Below are positions 9,901-14,681 of a stretch of 14,681 nucleotides of DNA, piece by piece; the stretch's first letter is position 1; each line of letters starts with the position of its first letter. Below the pieces are notes generated by a model. The model saw only the letters and a program-made list of their open reading frames with translations. It was not told the DNA's origin and did no database searches. The DNA comes from Octopus sinensis (lineage: Eukaryota), in contig NW_021825693.1 of the NCBI RefSeq assembly GCF_006345805.1, positions 1 to 14,681 on the forward strand, written 5' to 3'. Position numbers and translations under genes: made by a program.

Positions 9901-10195
9901 CTTCTTCCAGTCAGGACTCACGCCATTAGCCACAAAGAATAATCTCTAATTCGAGCCTACTCTAAGCTACTAAGAATGCGTGTGGCAACTTGAAGATCCA
10001 CCCACCACACGCGATAGACTGGCGGTTGCACGGGCGTGAAAGCTACGTTGTTATCCTCATTCCGTAAACGGTGGCTTTTTTTAACGGGTGGAGAGCTGAA
10101 CCATCCTGAGGTACAGAGGATTCGCAATCACGACTAGGCTCTAAAAGTTTACCACACCATAGTGGGTTACATCATGGTTCCTCTGCTTTGTGATA

Positions 10196-10356
10196 GAAGT
10201 AGGAAGAAAGAGTGAGAGAAAGTTGTGGTGAAAGAGTACAGCGGGGTTCACCACCACCCCCCGCCGGAGCCTAGTGGAGCTTAGATGTTTTTGCTCAATA
10301 CCCGGGAATTGAAACCGTGTTCTTACGACCGCGAGTCTGGGCAATTGCACCTCCAC
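10196..10356 (-). mobile_element. tRNA-derived SINE, apparently with internal deletions
   Basis: Minus strand GTGGAGGTGCAATTGCCCAG... with B-box-like GGTTTCAATTCCC (10304-10316). Its segment 10208-10242 recurs exactly, inverted, at 13138-13172. Confidence 0.7.
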
Positions 10357-10462
10357 ACTGCTGTTGCTGGCAGTATTATTTATTCTATTAACGAGCCGGA
10401 AGAGCTAAAAGGACCAAGTCAAACCCTACATAGAACGGACGAAAATACACAGTGAAGTCTCT

Positions 10463-10520
10463 GGTTCGGAGCTGACGTTTCGCTCTCTTTAGTTGCTCTT
10501 CTTCAAATCCCGGTTCAACC
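10463..10520 (-). ncRNA. Degenerate minimal hammerhead-like motif
   Basis: Minus strand ...GGGAT TTGAAGA A GAGC...GC GAAACGTC AGCTCC: core words are in hammerhead order with a GUC triplet, but C3 is U and stem II does not pair. Confidence 0.35.
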
Positions 10521-10796
10521 TCAACTGAGTAGACTTATAAACAAAAACATTTTTGCCATAACCATCCGTCCATCTCGAACATAACTTATCAAGAACTAAA
10601 ATACTCAATGGGACCTTTTGAACAGGTTATTTGTGTAATTTAAGAGGGATGTATCTGCTTTTCTACATAAAGACCCCTCCCCGCCTCTCAGCCCATCTAT
10701 CTAACTTTGCTGTTGTTGTTCTTAGTGACATTGAGGAAGGCCAATATAGTGGCAGATTCGTCAGAACATCGGACAAATTGTTTTAGTTCTGTATTT

Positions 10797-10982
10797 GAGA
10801 GATGAGGAATTATGTACATTATTTACATTATTTACATTTGACGGATAATTGTCCTCATCTTGTTTGTTGTTAACACAACGTTTCGGCTGATGCACTCTCC
10901 AGTCTTCATCAAGTGTCCTGGGGGAATTTCAAACCTGGGTTCTCATTCCTAAAGTATTTTTCCGATGTTGTTGTTGTTATTA

Positions 10983-11030
<48 letters not shown>

Positions 11031-11117
11031 TATTATTATTATTATTCAGGTCACTGCCTGGAATGAACTTAGAATCTTGGGGTTAGTAGTCTGCGCTCTT
11101 AACCGCTACGCCATATG
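10797..11117 (-). mobile_element. tRNA-head + (AAT)n + hammerhead composite element
   Basis: Minus strand: A box TGGCGTAGCGG (11103-11113), D-arm and anticodon-arm-like segment, degenerate B box AGTTCATTCC (11060-11069), (AAT)n (about 10964-11046), unique spacer, hammerhead motif (10872-10918), and a tail with AATGTAAAT repeats. Confidence 0.8.
10872..10918 (-). ncRNA. Minimal type I hammerhead ribozyme motif, mutated copy
   Basis: GGACAC TTGATGA A GACTG gagagtgcat CAGCC GAAACGTT GTGTT: C3 is U and stem II has one A-C mismatch. Confidence 0.7.
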
Positions 11118-11126
11118 TCTGCCGCG

Positions 11127-11172
11127 GGCACCTGATGAAGGCTGGCGATTACATCAGCCGAAACGTTGTGTT
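11127..11172 (+). ncRNA. Minimal type I hammerhead ribozyme motif with intact core (Penelope-like type)
   Basis: Stem I GGCAC (11127-31)/GTGTT (11168-72); CTGATGA (11132-38); extra A; stem II GGCTG (11140-44)/CAGCC (11155-59); GAAA (11160-63); palindromic ACGT in place of stem III; predicted GUU cleavage after 11167. Confidence 0.82.
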
Positions 11173-11605
11173 AACAACAAACAAGATGAGGACAAATATC
11201 CATCAAATGTAAATATTGTAAATTGTGTTAGGTCTGGGCTCAGATCCTGCTGAGGCTAACTTTGCTTTTCATCCCTCCAGCAGCCGATAAAATAGATATC
11301 ATTTAAGTACCATTTCGATGGCATCATCTGATCCTCTTCTCCAAATTTCTGATTTTCTGTCTATGTCAGAAACAATTGTTATAAAGGTGAGTGATTGGCG
11401 GGATCGTTAGAGCATCAAGAAAAACATATTTCAAATAATTTGTTTTGACTCTTATACGTTGTGAGTTCAGTTCTCGATGAGGTTAACTTTACTTTTCTTC
11501 CTTTCCAAATCGATAAAATGCTATTCAGGTGCTAGGGCCGAGGGTACCGACAAACTACCACCTTAACAAATTGTTGACTGTATGCCGTTGTTATTATTGT
11601 TTTAC

Positions 11606-11830
11606 AAGGCGGCGAGCTGGCAGAAACGTTAGCACGCCGGGCGAAATGCTTAGCGGTATTTCGTCTGTCTTTACGTTCTGAGTTCAAATTCCACTGAAAT
11701 CGACTTTGCCTTTCGTCCTTTCGGGGTCGATAAATTAAGTACCAGTTGCGTACTGAGGTCAAGCTAATCGACTGCCCCCCCTCCCCAAAAATTTCGGGCC
11801 TTCTGTCTAGAGTAGAAAAGATTATTATTT
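11606..11830 (+). mobile_element. Younger full monomer of the tRNA-derived SINE, with (ATT) tail
   Basis: AAGGCGGCGAGCTGGCAGAAACGTTAGC head, GAGTTCAAATTCC B box, tail AGAGTAGAAAAG-ATTATTATT. Homologous to 1174-1559. Confidence 0.9.
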
Positions 11831-12129
11831 CTTTACTTCTCAGAGCTCACGGTTGGTTGCTCTGGTTGGTTTGAGAGAGCGGACAGCAACCTGTTGTCAG
11901 AGGTCTCACATGGTCTCTTTCCGCAAGCTAGAAGATTTGGTACTTCGATGTTAACACTAACACCCAAGTATTGTTCTAGAGAATTTCTGTCAAAACATAA
12001 CTAAATTAGAAGTTTGTTTTAAAAGTAATTTGATTATAAGATGATATTAAGATGACAGTAAAAAGTTTTTGCTGTTATTTACATTAAAAAGTATTTTGAC
12101 ACTGGTTACAGATTAAAATATTTGGGGGA

Positions 12130-13105
12130 TTACAAACACAATATTTTAAGTAGGATGTGGGCAGTTCCCAAGAACACTATTTTTTGAATTTCTTCCATTT
12201 TGGGATTCCCTGGTATTTGAGCAAGGTAGCAATCAGCCCCTTTTGCTATAATTCCCAGGGCACCTATGACAGCAGGTATTGTTTTAGTCTTGAGGTTCCA
12301 CATTTTGCCAGTTTTTGCTTCAAGATCTTTATACTTGTTCCGTTTTAGGTAGGTCTTGACAGATACATTTATGTCGATTGGGACAGTCCTATCAATGAGA
12401 AAGCATAATTTTTGTTTGAAGTATTTCAGTATAATGTCTGGCCTATTCACATCTATCTTTCTGTCAGTTTGAACGGTGAAGCACCAAAGGTGTGAAATGT
12501 GGTCATTTTCAAGCACTGGAGGTGGTTTGTGTTCCCACCAGTTTTTATCATGGGGCAAGTCCAAGTCTTCAAATTGCCCAGTGAAAATACTGTGCTGCTC
12601 TACTATGCCTTTTGAGATACTCTGTAGGCGTATGAAGAGTGCACATAGAGAAAATATGATTGATGGTTTCATTTTGTTGTCTGCATGCACGACATGTTGG
12701 GCTACTGCCGTTCTTTAAGATATTGGCCTGGATAGCATTTTGTAGGTAGGTATTGATCTTGGGCTGCTATGATAAACCCTTGTTCTCTGGTTTTGAGACA
12801 GAAGGCACTAACCATTGATGGGTAAGGGCTTTGTCAGCAACGGCATTATTAGCTCTCTTTTGGGTATTTTCCACTGAGAGATTTTTCTTGCCATTTATCA
12901 GTAAGAATATCAAAGGCAGCACTTCTAGCACGGGTTTTCATATGCTTTAATTCTGGGATTTGTTGTATCTGGAATTCACTTAGATATTTCTTTGCTTGTT
13001 TGATGTTTTCTTTTCATGCTTTAAGACAGGTTTTAATATCCAGTCATGACAGTTTTTCAGGTAGATGTTTAAGCCAATTGTTGCAATCTTCATTGTTAAT
13101 TTCAG
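12130..13105 (-). pseudogene. R4/Dong-like RLE non-LTR retrotransposon, 3' ORF remnant (post-RT region, CCHC knuckle, PD-(D/E)xK endonuclease)
   Basis: Hand translation across frameshifts: ...LTDKWQEKSLSGKYP...GFIIAAQDQ...CRACRQQNETINHIFSMC...EYLKRH...ENDHISHLW..TVQTDRKIDVNRPDII...LID..VP...KYKDL...MWNLKTKTIPAVIGALG...LGTAHIL. The 3' UTR probably continues toward about 11830-11950 (boundary uncertain). Confidence 0.92.
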
Positions 13106-13292
13106 TTAGAAAAGTCCACGGCCACCCTCTTTTCTTGGCTGTACTCTTTCACCACAACTTTCTCTCACTCTTATCTGCACATTCAACGCATTATCAACAA
13201 TTTTTGTATTTTTCTGTCAAGATTACAATTTTCAGTAATTTATTATTTTCATTATTATTATCATAATTATCACTATCATTATTATTTTTATT

Positions 13293-13820
13293 AACATCTT
13301 GCCGAGTGTCTTCGTGACACCTAGGGCAGAGAAACGCACTGTATACCTTGGTAGGCCATTAAAATAAACACACCAGATTGTTCATTTACAAAGTCGTATT
13401 AGAGAAAAAGGGGAAGACCGAAAAAAAAATGGAAAAATGAAAAATAAAAAGTAAACAAATAAAATATAAGGGTGAAAAGGAAAGAAAATTCACAGCGACA
13501 ATGCTCTTCTCAATACCAGTTAAGACAATCTTTTGCACTTCCTGTATGGATGGTAAGCTAGAGATCATTCTTAAACAATGTTCTGTTCCTTTTTTTATCA
13601 TTCCAAGTGCTCCTACAATCACTTGTATGATAACCGTCTTGAGATGCCACATCTTTTCGATTTCGATTAGCAAATCTTTATATTTTCTGAGCTTATTAAT
13701 TTCTTTTGCCGAGATATTATGGTCACAGCTCATGTCAATCAATAAACAGACTTTATTGTTTTGGTCTTTCACAACAATATCTGGTTTATTTGCTTTGATG
13801 GTCCCAAATAATCGTTACAT
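13293..13820 (-). mobile_element. Second R4/Dong-like RLE LINE 3' remnant
   Basis: NVTIIWD/TIKANKPDIVVKDQNNKVCLLIDMS...KLRKYKDLLIEIEKMWHLKTVI..VIVGALG, then frameshifted LRRALSL* (stop 13490-13492). The 3' UTR ends in TAATAAAAAATAATAATGAT. Confidence 0.9.
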
Positions 13821-13878
13821 TTATTATTTTCATCATCATCATCATCATTATTATTATTATTTATTATTTATTATATTA

Positions 13879-13912
<34 letters not shown>

Positions 13913-13980
13913 CATATCAGCATCATTATTATTATTTATTATTAGTATTATTATTATTTATTATCATCATTATTCATCTC

Positions 13981-14014
<34 letters not shown>

Positions 14015-14162
14015 TATTATTATTATATTAGTTATTATCATTATATTATTATTATTATTATTATTATTTTATATTATTTTATTTTATTATTATTATTATT
14101 ATTATTATTATATTATTTTATTATTATTATTATTATTGCTGTTGTTGTTATCATCATTATTA
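13820..14162. repeat. (CAT)n/(TAT)n microsatellite field
   Basis: Read directly from the sequence. Confidence 0.95.
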
Positions 14163-14335
14163 TTCACTAGTCTTATTTTTATCACGTGCTTTCACTTCAC
14201 TACCGAGTGCAGCTCTGTGTGCCTTGGGTATGTGCTGTGGTCTGTTGTGATGCTCTTATTGTTACTGTATTGAAAGTGTTTTACGTAGGATGTGTGTAGT
14301 GCCTATTAGTGCTATTTTCTGTATGCTGTATGCTT
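14163..14335 (-). mobile_element. Third R4/Dong-like LINE, extreme 3' end
   Basis: SIQKIALIGTTHILRKTLSIQ* (stop 14262-14264) parallels EIQKIVFLGTAHILLKILCL* of the 12130 copy. The 3' UTR runs into GAATAATAATGAT. Confidence 0.85.
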
Positions 14336-14380
14336 TTTTTTTTTTTGCAGTGCTTCTCCCCTGTTCGTCGATTTTTTGCG

Positions 14381-14681
14381 ATGTCTGAAACGAAGAAACG
14401 GCGTGCTTCCCTGTAATTCTTTTTTTCTGCTGGTAGGAAACGGCGGCCGAAACATTTGTCATGCTTCAAACAGCATACAAGAACGCTGTCATGAGCAAAA
14501 CACAAGTCTACGAGTGATTTCCACGCTTTGGAAATGGTTAATTGTCGCTTGAAGACCAATCTCGTTCAGGACGACCGTCGACTCCAGAACGATTGAAACA
14601 TCACGAAAATTCATGAACTGATCTTGGAGGACCATCACCGAAACAATTGACGAACTTGTTGATATGACTGGTGTGTCTGGA
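14381..14681 (+). pseudogene. Decayed mariner transposase N-terminus (HTH region), cut by the window end
   Basis: MSETKKRRA...(GK)TAAETFVMLQTAYKNAVMSKTQVYE*FPRFGNG*LSLEDQSRSGRPST...KIHELILEDH.RTIDELVDMTGVS with stops and frameshifts. The EDxxRSGRPST linker is typical of mariners. No 5' TIR seen. Confidence 0.88.

Larger units (their letters stand above)
10737..11600 (+). mobile_element. Two old head-to-tail monomers of the SINE family at 11606-11830; the first is split by the 10797-11223 insertion
   Basis: Heads AAGG...TGGCAGATTCGTCAG (10737) and AAGG...TGGCGGGATCGTTAG (11384). Bodies GCTCAGATCCTGCTGAGGCTAACTTTGCTTTTCATCC (about 11237-11273) and GTTCAGTTCTCGATGAGGTTAACTTTACTTTTCTTCC (about 11466-11502). 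Confidence 0.75.

Noticed and set aside
11045-11117. Functional tRNA gene
   Set aside because: B box and T-arm are damaged, anticodon and acceptor stems do not pair fully, and it sits inside a composite repeat; it is a tRNA-derived head.
14330-14350. TTTTTTTTTTTGCAG as a splice acceptor before the mariner ATG
   Set aside because: It is the junction between the LINE remnant and the mariner 5' region; the downstream frame is full of stops and frameshifts.
1-14681. CRISPR array, rRNA or prokaryotic operon
   Set aside because: No repeat-spacer architecture (the 21-bp and GGT repeats are contiguous tandem units), no rRNA-like sequence, and the overall content is eukaryotic.

Overview
Repeat-saturated, AT-rich eukaryotic non-coding DNA (intron or intergenic) with no intact protein-coding gene. 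The SINE families and microsatellite load look like a cephalopod (Octopus-type) genome; this is inferred from recalled repeat sequences, not from a search. Nearly all long ORFs in the track are artefacts of simple repeats. Supported content: several tRNA-derived SINEs (one dimer with a 15-bp TSD, one head-to-tail trio), an internally deleted mariner with 30-bp TIRs and TA duplication, a second decayed mariner at the window end, three 3' remnants of R4/Dong-like restriction-endonuclease (RLE) LINEs next to (AAT)n tracts, a 21-bp minisatellite and a (GGT)n higher-order repeat. The most interesting object is at 10797-11223: a tRNA-like Pol III head, an (AAT)n spacer and a minimal Penelope-type hammerhead ribozyme, joined head-to-head to an inverted partial copy whose hammerhead core is intact. 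It is a candidate ribozyme-bearing SINE or retrozyme-like element.
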